Virus record (IMG/VR): IMGVR_UViG_3300031555_007106
Reading direction: 5' to 3' (one strand)
Source of the DNA: a virus
Taxonomy: Duplodnaviria; Heunggongvirae; Uroviricota; Caudoviricetes
Length of the DNA stretch: 64,000 nt
The notes beneath the pieces were generated by a model, which searched no databases, was not told where the DNA came from, and worked only from the letters and a program-made list of their open reading frames with translations. Below are positions 45,791 through 55,480 of the stretch, one piece after another; position 1 is the stretch's first letter, and each line of letters begins with the position of its first letter. Made by a program: the position numbers and the translations under genes.

Positions 45791-45807
45791 ATTGGTTCTT
45801 CCTTTCA

Positions 45808-46011
45808 TTAAAATTGACTTGACTTTGTTCTTGTTTTATTCTCTTCGTGTTCATACACAAGTCTCGCAAAGACTTCAGGTGATACGAGGTGCTTAAGCAC
45901 CTCTGTATCCACTTCAATGCGATGAAACGTGTTGTCAAGATGATTAAAACCGCATTCAATACAAGTACCACAAGCAAAACCTATACGGTTAAGACAAATT
46001 GGACATTCCAT
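45808..46011 (-). CDS. Zn-ribbon small protein (67 aa; CPICLN...CGTCIECG)
   Basis: ORF track. Confidence 0.5.
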   Translation of the reverse strand: MECPICLNRIGFACGTCIECGFNHLDNTFHRIEVDTEVLKHLVSPEVFARLVYEHEENKTRTKSSQF

Positions 46012-46039
46012 CTTTTTTCTCCTTTATCAAATATTTCTT

Positions 46040-46666
46040 TCACCAACTATAAGTCGAAAGACTTTCAACTTCGCAACCATCGCAGTCGAGACAAAGCCAA
46101 TCACAGTTATTTTCCTTAGCCAGCTTAATGCAAGCTCTTAAATCTTCGGGAAGACGTGCAATAGTCTCGGTGTCAATATCACACCATATCCAATAGCCGT
46201 AGTCTTCTTTGTCGTACACAGACAAACCCATGACGCCACACCAGTTTGGTTCGCATAACTTCTCGTTTGTTTCTTCTGTAATATGTGATGTCGCAATTGT
46301 TAAGCATCTGGTGATGTCAAGATTACATTTCTTACCTGCTTCCTGCGTTTCCTTATTTCTTGAACCCTTGCTATATGTAAAGGTTTCAAGCTTTTTCATT
46401 AAGGAAATACTCAAATTTGCCGGACTCCATACATTTACGAATTCGCCATTTATAAGCTTAGCACGAATGAAAGTTAGACCGATTTCAAGACTCTCAATTG
46501 AAGGCACTAAAGCAAGTAAATTGTTTGCTTTAGCCTTTTCTTCATCATCCAGCCCACTATTGTTCACAACATAGAACAATGCGTCGGTTACTTCCTGTAC
46601 ATCACGTTCAACTGCGTATTTTTTTATCATATTAGGATTTGAACTAAAATCTTCGTAAATAATCAT
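46040..46666 (-). CDS. hypothetical protein (208 aa); N-terminal domain paralogous to adjacent 46670..46963
   Basis: MIIYEDFSSNP...EVTDAL...LALVPSIESLEIGLTFIRAKLINGEFVNV vs MIIYDVYGSFP...EVYTAL...IAWLPNIACINAEKEDVEVIFTNGESVEV. Confidence 0.6.
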   Translation of the reverse strand: MIIYEDFSSNPNMIKKYAVERDVQEVTDALFYVVNNSGLDDEEKAKANNLLALVPSIESLEIGLTFIRAKLINGEFVNVWSPANLSISLMKKLETFTYSKGSRNKETQEAGKKCNLDITRCLTIATSHITEETNEKLCEPNWCGVMGLSVYDKEDYGYWIWCDIDTETIARLPEDLRACIKLAKENNCDWLCLDCDGCEVESLSTYSW

Positions 46667-46669
46667 ACT

Positions 46670-46963
46670 TTATTCCTTTCTTATTGTATAATTTATCAGA
46701 GCGTCGCATAAATCGCGGACAATTCCCACGTTTTCTACTTCAACACTTTCACCGTTAGTGAAGATTACTTCAACATCCTCTTTCTCTGCATTAATGCATG
46801 CGATATTAGGAAGCCAAGCAATTAAGGTTGTTATTTTCTTCTTATTAGCACGCTGAAAGCCTGAAAGACCTATCAGTGCTGTATAGACTTCTGATATAGA
46901 ACAATTTGCAAAATACTCTTCATTATCTTCCGGGAAACTACCATATACATCGTAAATAATCAT
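46670..46963 (-). CDS. hypothetical protein (97 aa); tandem paralog of 46040..46666
   Basis: ORF track. Confidence 0.55.
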   Translation of the reverse strand: MIIYDVYGSFPEDNEEYFANCSISEVYTALIGLSGFQRANKKKITTLIAWLPNIACINAEKEDVEVIFTNGESVEVENVGIVRDLCDALINYTIRKE

Positions 46964-46973
46964 TGTATTTCCT

Positions 46974-47375
46974 TTATTCCTTTCTTTTCTTAATCTGTTC
47001 CGTCCATTTTTCTCTTGCTTTTTCGATTGATGTGAATTCTTCTATCACACCATCAATCTTAGCAACGACAAATTCGACATCTTCAGCATTAAACGAACCG
47101 CCACCGATTAATTCCAAGTTACCATCATCGAACTCTTCGTCTTCGTAATCAAAAATTCCCTGATTAGTAAGAATCGCATAAGTCATGTTAACGCCTTCTG
47201 AAACGTACTTACGCGCAAATTCAATTGCAGTATTCACGTCTTCAGCTTTATATATGATGTTATTTTCATTGAAATAACCATATCCGCCGCCATATACAAA
47301 GTTGTATGAATCGTATTCAGCATCGTTTTCTGTAAGTAAAATGCCTATTTCTAACATTTTAAATTCACTTTTCAT
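46974..47375 (-). CDS. hypothetical protein (133 aa)
   Basis: ORF 46974..47492. Start moved to MKSEFKMLEIG after AAGGAGG RBS. Confidence 0.55.
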   Translation of the reverse strand: MKSEFKMLEIGILLTENDAEYDSYNFVYGGGYGYFNENNIIYKAEDVNTAIEFARKYVSEGVNMTYAILTNQGIFDYEDEEFDDGNLELIGGGSFNAEDVEFVVAKIDGVIEEFTSIEKAREKWTEQIKKRKE

Positions 47376-47385
47376 TTTTGCCTCC

Positions 47386-47685
47386 TTAAGCTGCACATTC
47401 GTAGATTTCGGTAATAGGGAGAGGGTCTTCCTCAAAACACATATACCAATTTTCAAGATTTTCGATGTTATCATACTTAAAAATACGGTCATAATATGTA
47501 TTACCTATTACATTAAGGTTTTCGCCATTTTCTTCGGCCACTTCAATTAAATATTCGAAATAGCCATCAAAGAAACCGCTGACAACCTTTCTGTCAATGC
47601 CTAAAGTGTTTTCGTAGTCGCTGTAAAATAGGCTACACATACACACCTGATTTCTTAATTTCTTTAATTCCTGTCTTGTAAGCAT
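47386..47685 (-). CDS. hypothetical protein (99 aa)
   Basis: ORF 47386..47703 begins at TTG inside the RBS. ATG start MLTRQELKKL after AAAGGAAAAA. Confidence 0.55.
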   Translation of the reverse strand: MLTRQELKKLRNQVCMCSLFYSDYENTLGIDRKVVSGFFDGYFEYLIEVAEENGENLNVIGNTYYDRIFKYDNIENLENWYMCFEEDPLPITEIYECAA

Positions 47686-47699
47686 AATTTTTCCTTTCT

Positions 47700-47861
47700 T
47701 CAAAACGTAACAGTCCAGTTAAGAACTGCCGCTGCAAGCCAATAAAGGCCTTTTTTCGGTTCGTGCTGCACAAAGCACACAATTGCCGCTAACACATTAA
47801 TGATTATCAGTATCAACGGCAGAACCTGTTCAGGCGCAATTAAATCCTTCATTTTTTTCAT
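47700..47861 (-). CDS. small two-TM membrane peptide (53 aa: MKKMKDLIAPEQVLPLILIIINVLAAIVCFVQHEPKKGLYWLAAAVLNWTVTF); below ORF cutoff
   Basis: Hand-found and translated codon by codon. GGAGGAGAA directly upstream. Confidence 0.35.
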   Translation of the reverse strand: MKKMKDLIAPEQVLPLILIIINVLAAIVCFVQHEPKKGLYWLAAAVLNWTVTF

Positions 47862-47955
47862 TTCTCCTCCTTGATTTCAAACTCATTCAGAAGTTTTAGA
47901 TATGTGGGAGCGTTGTTTTCAATCGTAATGCAGATTGAATTGTTAGATTTTTTAG

Positions 47956-48246
47956 TCATAATGTTTCCCCTTCTGCAAAATACACATCAGCGAGATATTC
48001 TTCTATTGCTTTACACAAATCTTCTGTATCTCCGAATTTTGCTACTGCATTATAAGGAGCACAAGGTTCCCAAGCTCCATCGGGTTCGATATCGTTTAAT
48101 TCGATAAGGTATTCGTTTCCGTCGCCATAGTCAATAACCTGAATGAATAATCCCTTACTTTCGTCAAGTTCGATGCCAACACAGTCATCAATCTTTTCAA
48201 GAAGTTCAACTTCTTCAATAATGGTTTTCTGTAAAGTAGCTTTCAT
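47956..48246 (-). CDS. hypothetical protein (96 aa)
   Basis: ORF 47956..48333 overlaps upstream gene. Start moved to MKATLQKTIIEE after AAAAGGAGAAAT RBS. Confidence 0.5.
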   Translation of the reverse strand: MKATLQKTIIEEVELLEKIDDCVGIELDESKGLFIQVIDYGDGNEYLIELNDIEPDGAWEPCAPYNAVAKFGDTEDLCKAIEEYLADVYFAEGETL

Positions 48247-48259
48247 ATTTCTCCTTTTC

Positions 48260-48832
48260 TCACACAGCTCTCTGTGAACATATAATCCATTCGGTCCAAA
48301 TCTCTTCAACATCATCCGAGCCGCAAAGCTCAAGTATTGCTTTAATCTTTTTCGAATCGGGATAATACTCTCGCATAAACGTCCAGAGAGTTATTTCTTT
48401 TTCGTTTCCGATATCCTCAGCAACGATTTCATAAAGATTAAACAATGTTGTAAGATTTCTCATCATACGGATTTCTTCATCATCGTCGATTTTTTCTCCT
48501 TCGATGTCGTAAAAACAATTCTGGTTTGCAATCTCGTCAAGTTCATCAACAATATCATTTACATCAACGTCAAGAGCATAAAGAAAATCAATCAGCTTTC
48601 CGTAACCTTCACAGCAAGTTGATTCATTATACTTAAACGTATTATTATAAAAGATTTCCAGAATCTCTCCGAGTGAATTGCCGACAGAATCTGCATATCG
48701 AGCTTCATAACCGTCAACAAAATTATCAGGACAATCTTCAGTGCTCTTATATGCCTCGATTATTTCATTCTTAAGGTCTGCCCTTTCAATAAGGTCGCAG
48801 ACCATTTCGATTAACTTAATACCATAATTCAT
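48260..48832 (-). CDS. acidic hypothetical protein (190 aa)
   Basis: ORF track. Confidence 0.6.
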   Translation of the reverse strand: MNYGIKLIEMVCDLIERADLKNEIIEAYKSTEDCPDNFVDGYEARYADSVGNSLGEILEIFYNNTFKYNESTCCEGYGKLIDFLYALDVDVNDIVDELDEIANQNCFYDIEGEKIDDDEEIRMMRNLTTLFNLYEIVAEDIGNEKEITLWTFMREYYPDSKKIKAILELCGSDDVEEIWTEWIICSQRAV

Positions 48833-48854
48833 ATCATATTATTTTCCTTTCATT

Positions 48855-49310
48855 TTAGTAGACACAATGAACACCTGTTTCATTGCCATCTATATCGTAC
48901 TCAATAGCAAGTATTCTGAGCTCGCACCCCTCAGGAACTTCGTCGTCATACTCCTCAATAAAGCTTTCGGCCTCATTGAAAGTATCGAAAGCCGCGATTT
49001 GTTCCACAAAATTCCACTTGTTGGTTTTTTCATTGTAACGAGCAATTTCAACAGCATATTCTGCATATTCCATGATTTCAACATACTCATCTTTTGATAT
49101 GTCACATATAGAACGTATGTAGGAGACAAACTCTTCGGCAGAAAGAGAACAATTTTTAAATTTCGGATTATTTTCACGAATATCTCTTATTATTCTACTC
49201 ATCCAATATTCTTCATCTTCTACGTCAGACAAGTCAGAAGGATAGTTTTCTTTAGGACAAAACTTGCAGTATTCCTTGACAAGCTTCGCATAAATCTTTT
49301 CGTTGTTCAT
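48855..49310 (-). CDS. hypothetical protein (151 aa); first gene after cassette 8
   Basis: ORF 48855..49367 starts in cassette (MTTGVLKNCYYF...). Start moved to MNNEKIYAKL after AAAGGAAAA RBS. Confidence 0.6.
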   Translation of the reverse strand: MNNEKIYAKLVKEYCKFCPKENYPSDLSDVEDEEYWMSRIIRDIRENNPKFKNCSLSAEEFVSYIRSICDISKDEYVEIMEYAEYAVEIARYNEKTNKWNFVEQIAAFDTFNEAESFIEEYDDEVPEGCELRILAIEYDIDGNETGVHCVY

Positions 49311-49490
49311 AACTAATTTTCCTTTCGCAATAAAATAATAGCAATTCTTTAAAACTCCAGTCGTCATAAAATAATTGCTATTTATAGTATGGTAAAAAAG
49401 CCGTAAAACAAAAAAGCCCGCACACGGCGAGCTTTTCTTTTTGTTGCTACTATTTTTACAGTGTTTTCAAATTATCCACAGAGGCGTAAC
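49311..49490 (-). repeat. terminator-promoter-RBS cassette copy 8 (near-identical to copy 1; hairpin variant gcccgcacacggcgagc; ~45-nt extra spacer before upstream stop)
   Basis: aataaaataatagcaattctttaaaactccagtcgtcataaaataattgctatttatagtatggtaaaaaagccgtaaaacaaaaaagcccgcacacggcgagc... Confidence 0.8.
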
Positions 49491-50021
49491 TTAACGAGTT
49501 ATTGTTTTGCTCATATGTCTTATTTCGACCTCCGGATATTTCCCAAAAGCCTTAAAATAAACCTTTCGATAATCATTCCAATCCATATTATATGGTAAAT
49601 ACAAATTATCATGGTTAATTTTAAATTCTTCCGTATTTACATTATGATAAGCCTTACAAAGCTGTTCATATCTAAAGCTAGAAATCACTTCTCCCTGCTT
49701 CATTTCTTTGTAATTTTCCTTTTTACATAAGTAAACCTTCTTTCCGTTCGCGAAGAGCATATTGCAAACAAAATTAGGCTGTAATATACTGTCAAGAAAA
49801 TAGTCACCATCATCATGTAAACCAAAATTCTTGCAGATATTATTTTTTATTCTATTTACAACCCTTCTTGTAACTCTTATATACGGAGTGCTTACTGAGA
49901 AAAGGATTTGATTATCAACCACGATGTAAAACCACTTTACATTAGTTGCAGTGTAATCTCTTCCTTCAGCTTTATAAGCTTCCTCTATACATTTTTCAAA
50001 ATATCTATCCATTTCTTTCAT
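49491..50021 (-). CDS. hypothetical protein (176 aa)
   Basis: ORF track. GGAGG RBS. Confidence 0.6.
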   Translation of the reverse strand: MKEMDRYFEKCIEEAYKAEGRDYTATNVKWFYIVVDNQILFSVSTPYIRVTRRVVNRIKNNICKNFGLHDDGDYFLDSILQPNFVCNMLFANGKKVYLCKKENYKEMKQGEVISSFRYEQLCKAYHNVNTEEFKINHDNLYLPYNMDWNDYRKVYFKAFGKYPEVEIRHMSKTITR

Positions 50022-50066
50022 TGTATTTACCTCCTGAAATACTATTTCATTTGCATATTATCAGCA

Positions 50067-50399
50067 CTATTCTATAAGCCAAGGTTTGTCATAAGGATAC
50101 ATAAACGTAGAATATTCACCTACTTCGATACGAATTTTGTGAAGAGATTCCAATGTTTCAACTGCTTCCTTAATTTCTTTGCGTTTCTTACTGAACTTAA
50201 TAGCTAAAAGTCCGCTATCATATTCAGTTCCGCCACCGAGCATTGATTCAAGTCTTTCTTTCGATTCCAAATATATGTTTAATACGCAACGGTCAGATAC
50301 GCACATCAGCCGTTCAGTTTCGTAGCGAACATCTTCTCTCATATTCTTAGAAGCTTCGTAGTTATCTTCTACAAGCTTTAAAATTTCATCAGTAAGCAT
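50067..50399 (-). CDS. hypothetical protein (110 aa)
   Basis: ORF track. Confidence 0.55.
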   Translation of the reverse strand: MLTDEILKLVEDNYEASKNMREDVRYETERLMCVSDRCVLNIYLESKERLESMLGGGTEYDSGLLAIKFSKKRKEIKEAVETLESLHKIRIEVGEYSTFMYPYDKPWLIE

Positions 50400-50412
50400 A
50401 TATTTTCCTTTC

Positions 50413-51372
50413 TTATGCTGTATTTTTCGCCACCTTCACAGGAGCATGAATAAGCTTAACCTTGCCATTTTCCCATATAGAAGAATTTGTTCCATATACA
50501 CTCTTAACGGAGTAGTCTTCACAACCATCGGGATAAGCAGATGCTATAAATCTGATAGGAAGCTTTACATCCTTTTCGAGTTCAATTTCAAGGAGACTTC
50601 CAGCTCCAGACCAAGAATCGAATAATCCTGTTGTGGTATTCTTATCAATTACGATATACCCACAATAAGGTCTTTCCGTCGCATCGTACTTTCGCCCATT
50701 TACATCCTGAAGATTTATAAGCTCATTAAGCTTTAAAAGTTCTTCAAGTGTCATTTCAACGAGAAAAGTAAGAATATTCATATGTGAGGATGCATTTGCG
50801 ACTTCTGCTCGAACACTCTTCAGAAAAGTTGATAAATCTTCTTTATTTGCAGATGTAAGTGCTTTTTTAAGTTCGCTTTTCTTAACTCCCTGATTTTTCG
50901 CAAGCCATACAACACTCGCTTTATCAGAAAAGCTTCCGTCATAATAACTATAATAACAAGGAGGAAGACAATTAAGCGTATAGTCGTAATTTCCATCTCC
51001 TGTATCAACAAAGATGTCCACACACACCTTCTGCTTAAGAAAATGGTTATATGGATATTTAGCAAAAATCATATCCTGAATATAACTTTCAACCTGTGCT
51101 TTATCAAAATCAAAGCCGTCATATTCGATATGACAGATGATTCTTCCGATAATATCATCAATACTCTCCATAAAACGAATCTCATAAGCGTCGATGATTT
51201 TTTCGTAAAATGCGTCCATAGGATTTTTCTCTTCAAGAAGCTCTCTTATCTGCTTATCGGTAAGATAATCCCGATAATCGGCATATATCTCATATTCGAA
51301 ATAACCATCGGGAGCCTTATCACAGAACTTTTCAATTTGAGAATTTACATATTTCTTAAAACTTTCTGTCAT
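50413..51372 (-). CDS. hypothetical protein (319 aa)
   Basis: ORF track. Confidence 0.65.
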   Translation of the reverse strand: MTESFKKYVNSQIEKFCDKAPDGYFEYEIYADYRDYLTDKQIRELLEEKNPMDAFYEKIIDAYEIRFMESIDDIIGRIICHIEYDGFDFDKAQVESYIQDMIFAKYPYNHFLKQKVCVDIFVDTGDGNYDYTLNCLPPCYYSYYDGSFSDKASVVWLAKNQGVKKSELKKALTSANKEDLSTFLKSVRAEVANASSHMNILTFLVEMTLEELLKLNELINLQDVNGRKYDATERPYCGYIVIDKNTTTGLFDSWSGAGSLLEIELEKDVKLPIRFIASAYPDGCEDYSVKSVYGTNSSIWENGKVKLIHAPVKVAKNTA

Positions 51373-51394
51373 TTTATTTCATTTCCTTTCTTGT

Positions 51395-51688
51395 TTAATT
51401 GAAATTTACGAGAGCGACCTTGTTTATGACGTTCGCTTCGAAAAACCAATTATAGCCGTCTTCTCCGGTGTATTCGTTCTGAAGATACGAAAGAGGATTT
51501 TCAATACCCTTCTCCTTCATTCTTTTGAATAACCAGTCTTTTTCTACAACAGCGACGAGTTCGTTGAAATCACACTCGCCAAAATTTTCTCTGAATGCAT
51601 CCGCAGGAACACAAAAAGCGATTAAATCCTTGTGTTCAGCAAATGCATAATATGGGGTGAGTATTGATAAAATTCGATTCTTATTCAT
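51395..51688 (-). CDS. hypothetical protein (97 aa)
   Basis: ORF track. Confidence 0.55.
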   Translation of the reverse strand: MNKNRILSILTPYYAFAEHKDLIAFCVPADAFRENFGECDFNELVAVVEKDWLFKRMKEKGIENPLSYLQNEYTGEDGYNWFFEANVINKVALVNFN

Positions 51689-51703
51689 ATTTTTTCCTTT
51701 CTC

Positions 51704-51994
51704 TTAATTTGCGGTATGTATCAGAGTTACATTTTCTGCGTGACAAAGATATATGTCGCCGCTTTCCATCGTTATCTGAAGCTGGTCGCTTTCATAATCA
51801 CACCATTCAGTTATATTACCTTCAACAACAACACCGTTCTGAAGACTTATGATAGCTTTATCATAAGTATAAGTTGTGTCAAACAAAGTCTTGTTGCCGG
51901 AACAGTAAGATATAAGTAATGCAATTGCTACACCAATCACACCACAAATCATTACTAAAACAAATACAGTTAAAAACTTATCCTTTTTCTTCAT
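51704..51994 (-). CDS. N-terminally membrane-anchored small protein (96 aa); first gene after cassette 9
   Basis: MKKKDKFLTVFVLVMICGVIGVAIALLISYCSG. Confidence 0.55.
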   Translation of the reverse strand: MKKKDKFLTVFVLVMICGVIGVAIALLISYCSGNKTLFDTTYTYDKAIISLQNGVVVEGNITEWCDYESDQLQITMESGDIYLCHAENVTLIHTAN

Positions 51995-52154
51995 AAAATT
52001 TATCCTTTCATAATAAAAATAATAGCAATTCTTTAAAAACTCCAGTCGTCATAAAATAATTGCTATTAATAGTATGATAAAGTTTGCATAAAACAAAAAA
52101 GCCCGCCGAAGCGAGCCTTTTTCTTTGTTATTGCTATTATTAAAATATTAGTTA
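51995..52154 (-). repeat. terminator-promoter-RBS cassette copy 9
   Basis: aaaaataatagcaattctttaaaaactccagtcgtcataaaataattgctattaatagtatgataaagtttgcataaaacaaaaaagcccgccgaagcgagcc... Confidence 0.85.
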
Positions 52155-52784
52155 TTATCTTTCAAAGAAATAATCTCCTAAAGGAGTGTTTTCATCAATG
52201 TTTTCTATTTTAAGCTCAGTACCCGACTTTCCATTAAAATAAGAAAGACAAATTTCTACTGCCTTTTCTTCAGAAACACTTTCGCAATACTTAGCATTTT
52301 CGTCAACATAGTCAAAAAACGTTCCTTCAATAAGCATCTGTTGTGCTTCTTTTACGGGAATATAGAAACCGGACCACTCTGAACATTCATAATCATATTC
52401 AGTTTCTCCTCTGAGATATACATTACCTTCAATATGAATATATCTTTCTCCGTTGTCTTCTTCAAGTATGTAGAAATAACGGTCAGTGATTGTAGGACTC
52501 GATTCATTTCCATCGTAAAAATAACCGCCATAAAAAGCATCTCCGCATCTGAATTCAATGCCGAAAGATTCTAACAGCATTGTCTTGTAATCAGAATATT
52601 CCTCTTCCTGTTCGGGAGTAGCAGGAACACTGCCGTCTCCGATATCAGTCGTTTCATTGAGAAAAATGGCTCTTTCAAGTAAAGGCATCTGTTCCTCTGT
52701 TACAAAACCCTTTAAAAATTTAAGAGCTTCGATATCGCTGCGGTTGTAAAGCCCACATAATTTTTTGCCCTGTTCTCTGGTCAT
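52155..52784 (-). CDS. hypothetical protein (209 aa)
   Basis: ORF 52155..52814. Start moved to MTREQGKKL after AAAGGAAGAAAGAAT RBS. Confidence 0.6.
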   Translation of the reverse strand: MTREQGKKLCGLYNRSDIEALKFLKGFVTEEQMPLLERAIFLNETTDIGDGSVPATPEQEEEYSDYKTMLLESFGIEFRCGDAFYGGYFYDGNESSPTITDRYFYILEEDNGERYIHIEGNVYLRGETEYDYECSEWSGFYIPVKEAQQMLIEGTFFDYVDENAKYCESVSEEKAVEICLSYFNGKSGTELKIENIDENTPLGDYFFER

Positions 52785-52801
52785 ATTCTTTCTTCCTTTC
52801 T

Positions 52802-53101
52802 TTAATAGATACATTCGCCGCTTATCTCGATAATACTATCGGTCTTAGGAAATTCCTTTTTAAGCATTTTCTTAAGAATATTTACATATTCTCTGCAGGA
52901 CTTCTTCGTGTTTGCTTTTATTTTGTACTGGCACACATAGTCGTCTGCATCTGATAATCCGAACGCAACACTGAAATCATACACATCAGCCCAGTCGCAT
53001 ATTTTCTCAAGAAATTCCTTGCGTTCTTTTTCGAGTTTTTCAAATTCTTCATTTGTTATCTTGGGGATAAGTACGAATGTACCTTTAATAAACTTTTTCA
53101 T
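52802..53101 (-). CDS. hypothetical protein (99 aa)
   Basis: ORF 52802..53182. Start moved to MKKFIKGTFVLIPK after AAAAGGTGA RBS. Confidence 0.5.
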   Translation of the reverse strand: MKKFIKGTFVLIPKITNEEFEKLEKERKEFLEKICDWADVYDFSVAFGLSDADDYVCQYKIKANTKKSCREYVNILKKMLKKEFPKTDSIIEISGECIY

Positions 53102-53102
53102 A

Positions 53103-53258
53103 TTACAAATCACCTTTTTCTTTATTATTCTTGGCTTTGGTATTCTTATTTTTCTTTTTGGGAGCTGCGTAAATTTTATCAAGACAATTCATACATAACT
53201 CAGCAGTCCCATCATCATGTGGAGTTCCGCACTGTTTGCAAATTGAATAATGCCACAT
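53103..53258 (-). CDS. Zn-ribbon basic peptide (51 aa: MWHYSICKQCGTPHDDGTAELCMNCLDKIYAAPKKKNKNTKAKNNKEKGDL); below ORF cutoff
   Basis: Hand-translated codon by codon. AAAGGGAA RBS 6 nt upstream. CxxC...CxxC. Confidence 0.4.
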   Translation of the reverse strand: MWHYSICKQCGTPHDDGTAELCMNCLDKIYAAPKKKNKNTKAKNNKEKGDL

Positions 53259-53279
53259 ATTACATTCCCTTTCTTTATT

Positions 53280-53567
53280 TCATTCCCAACTACCTCTGTA
53301 ATTAGGGTTTATTTCGTCCTCAAACACAGTAACGACTTCATTGTTTTCAAGTCTAACCTCATACATTGTATTAATGAGGTATCTGTATTGTCCTTGTTCG
53401 TTTTTATCACTGTCGTCAATGAGTTCTCTATCATATTCCTTTTCTGATAGTTCCCTAACCACCTCAACAACCTTTAGTCCGTTATACTTTTTTAATTCAC
53501 TATCAGTAGTTGTTAATGTTTGCCCTACTAAGTTCCGCATATATTCATTGTTCATATATGCTCTCAT
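53280..53567 (-). CDS. hypothetical protein (95 aa)
   Basis: ORF track. Confidence 0.55.
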   Translation of the reverse strand: MRAYMNNEYMRNLVGQTLTTTDSELKKYNGLKVVEVVRELSEKEYDRELIDDSDKNEQGQYRYLINTMYEVRLENNEVVTVFEDEINPNYRGSWE

Positions 53568-53590
53568 AGCAAATTCCTCCTATCTTGATT

Positions 53591-53770
53591 TTAAGTGTGC
53601 TTTTTATACCATTCGTCAACCCACTTTTTCGCTTCGTCGCACGAACTTACAATGGCAATTAAATGCTCTCCACCGCCTCGTGTTTCGTGTAAGATATCAT
53701 AATGAACCTTGTCACGACAAGGTCTCAAAATAAAGCCTTTATACTTATTATTAAAATCGTATATTTCCAT
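53591..53770 (-). CDS. hypothetical small protein (59 aa: MEIYDFNNKYKGFILRPCRDKVHYDILHETRGGGEHLIAIVSSCDEAKKWVDEWYKKHT)
   Basis: Hand-found. One residue below the ORF cutoff. RBS spacing long (~13 nt). Confidence 0.3.
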   Translation of the reverse strand: MEIYDFNNKYKGFILRPCRDKVHYDILHETRGGGEHLIAIVSSCDEAKKWVDEWYKKHT

Positions 53771-53790
53771 TTTCTTTGTAAATCTCCTTC

Positions 53791-54000
53791 TTAATAACCC
53801 GAATGCTTTCTGACTATATTTTCACTAATACAATCAAGTTCTTCAGGAAATTCTTCACAGTTTTCCGCAATTTTAGAAAACATCAGGCCGGGAGCTTTAT
53901 TTGTAAGAAAATCCCAGCCGTCGTTAGCTGTATTGTCGGAAAAAATTCGCAATTCTTCTTCCTTAGTATCTCTGATGATACTTTTCTGCAATTCTGTCAT
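53791..54000 (-). CDS. hypothetical protein (69 aa)
   Basis: ORF track. Confidence 0.45.
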   Translation of the reverse strand: MTELQKSIIRDTKEEELRIFSDNTANDGWDFLTNKAPGLMFSKIAENCEEFPEELDCISENIVRKHSGY

Positions 54001-54009
54001 TTTAACCTC

Positions 54010-54312
54010 CTATGCCAAATATTCAAAAATCTCATTGCAATCATCAAGATTATAAAGCTCATAAACGGTATGACCGTCTTCAAGATACTCAATAACCGCG
54101 TCAATTAGATATCGTTCCGGTGATATACCGATTACAGCGTATCTCCAGCTGCCGATATCCAAATCAGCAACAATATGACCGATACTATCAACGATTGTAT
54201 CAAGGTCAGCACGTGAATATTTTCCAAACAGTTCATCATCGATTATGGCCTTAGTTATAGACATATCAAAAATCATTGGTATACTGTTGCGATAAATCGT
54301 TTTATTATTCAT
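54010..54312 (-). CDS. hypothetical protein (100 aa)
   Basis: ORF track. Confidence 0.55.
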   Translation of the reverse strand: MNNKTIYRNSIPMIFDMSITKAIIDDELFGKYSRADLDTIVDSIGHIVADLDIGSWRYAVIGISPERYLIDAVIEYLEDGHTVYELYNLDDCNEIFEYLA

Positions 54313-54389
54313 TTTCTCTTCCTTTCATAATTTGTCAAATTTGAGTAATTACATTGCCATTTAAGCGATAACTCGTCAAAAATGACAAA

Positions 54390-55001
54390 TTATCCATCAA
54401 TAGAAATGTAATACCAACCGGTATGAACATCGACATCTCCATTACGTTCATCTTCTTTGGGGTCATAGTAGCCTGTAACGCAAACTACTCCTATTCCCTG
54501 AGCGTCATAAAGACGTTCAATCATATCAGCAACCGCGTTAGCGGCGCTCTCGGTTTTGCACAGAATTTCATCTGCACAGGTAGAGTACCAAATATTCTCG
54601 CTGGGATAATTATTAAGAGAAGAAGCTATTTTGTTGAACCAGTTGATTCTTTCTGTCTGTTTCTTTTCGGACTTTGATGCATCTGAATCACCAATAAGAT
54701 TATAACCTTTCACCATATCTCCTTCAATTTTTTCGGTTGAAAGAATAAATTCGGTTACAAAGCTGTCTTCTATTGTATGATAGTAAACATACTCCCAGCC
54801 GTTATCTTTATATTTCTTCCCTGTCATTTCTATTACTAAAGGAGAATAATCCCCCTTAATAACAGCGTGTTCATAAGGATAGACGCCGTGTGACTGTCTT
54901 ATTCCTCTATCGATTTCTCTTTCAAGCTCATCTGCGAGCTTTTCTGCATATACATTCTTTAATTCTTCCGGTCTTATCATATAAATTTTCCTTTCTGTCA
55001 T
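54390..55001 (-). CDS. hypothetical protein (203 aa)
   Basis: ORF track. Confidence 0.6.
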   Translation of the reverse strand: MTERKIYMIRPEELKNVYAEKLADELEREIDRGIRQSHGVYPYEHAVIKGDYSPLVIEMTGKKYKDNGWEYVYYHTIEDSFVTEFILSTEKIEGDMVKGYNLIGDSDASKSEKKQTERINWFNKIASSLNNYPSENIWYSTCADEILCKTESAANAVADMIERLYDAQGIGVVCVTGYYDPKEDERNGDVDVHTGWYYISIDG

Positions 55002-55465
55002 GAATTCTTTTTAAGTAAGTAAATGTAGCTTGTAACAGCGTCTAAAATAAATCGCTGCCCACATTCCGGATTTCTACAAACAAATGTCTGCATATTGTTA
55101 ATAGTAGATTCAAGTTCAATCTTACTATCACAGCAGGGACATCCATTGTATCTTTCATAGTTATAGTAATTCCAATTTTCGTAATCTTGTTTTCTGATTT
55201 CTTCAATCTTTCTTCTCACAATGTACTGGGTTGGTTTCCAGAATATAACTCTGCATTTCTGCGGAATATTAAGCTTTTTCAAATGCTTAACCGCTTCCTT
55301 TTTAGTTTTAAAAAGAAAGGGATGGTCCGGGGTATTATTACTTAAAATGGTTTCCATTGAACTTAAAGTTGTCCAAAAGTAACCTTTCCCGTCTTCGTAA
55401 GCATAAGGTTGCCAAGCCAAATACATAATATCGGCTTCGTTTTTACCGGATGTAATAACGTACAT
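54998..55465 (-). CDS. hypothetical protein (155 aa) with C-terminal Zn-ribbon (CPCCDS...CRNPECGQ)
   Basis: ORF track. Confidence 0.6.
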   Translation of the reverse strand: MYVITSGKNEADIMYLAWQPYAYEDGKGYFWTTLSSMETILSNNTPDHPFLFKTKKEAVKHLKKLNIPQKCRVIFWKPTQYIVRRKIEEIRKQDYENWNYYNYERYNGCPCCDSKIELESTINNMQTFVCRNPECGQRFILDAVTSYIYLLKKNS

Positions 55466-55480
55466 AATTCTTTCCTTTCT

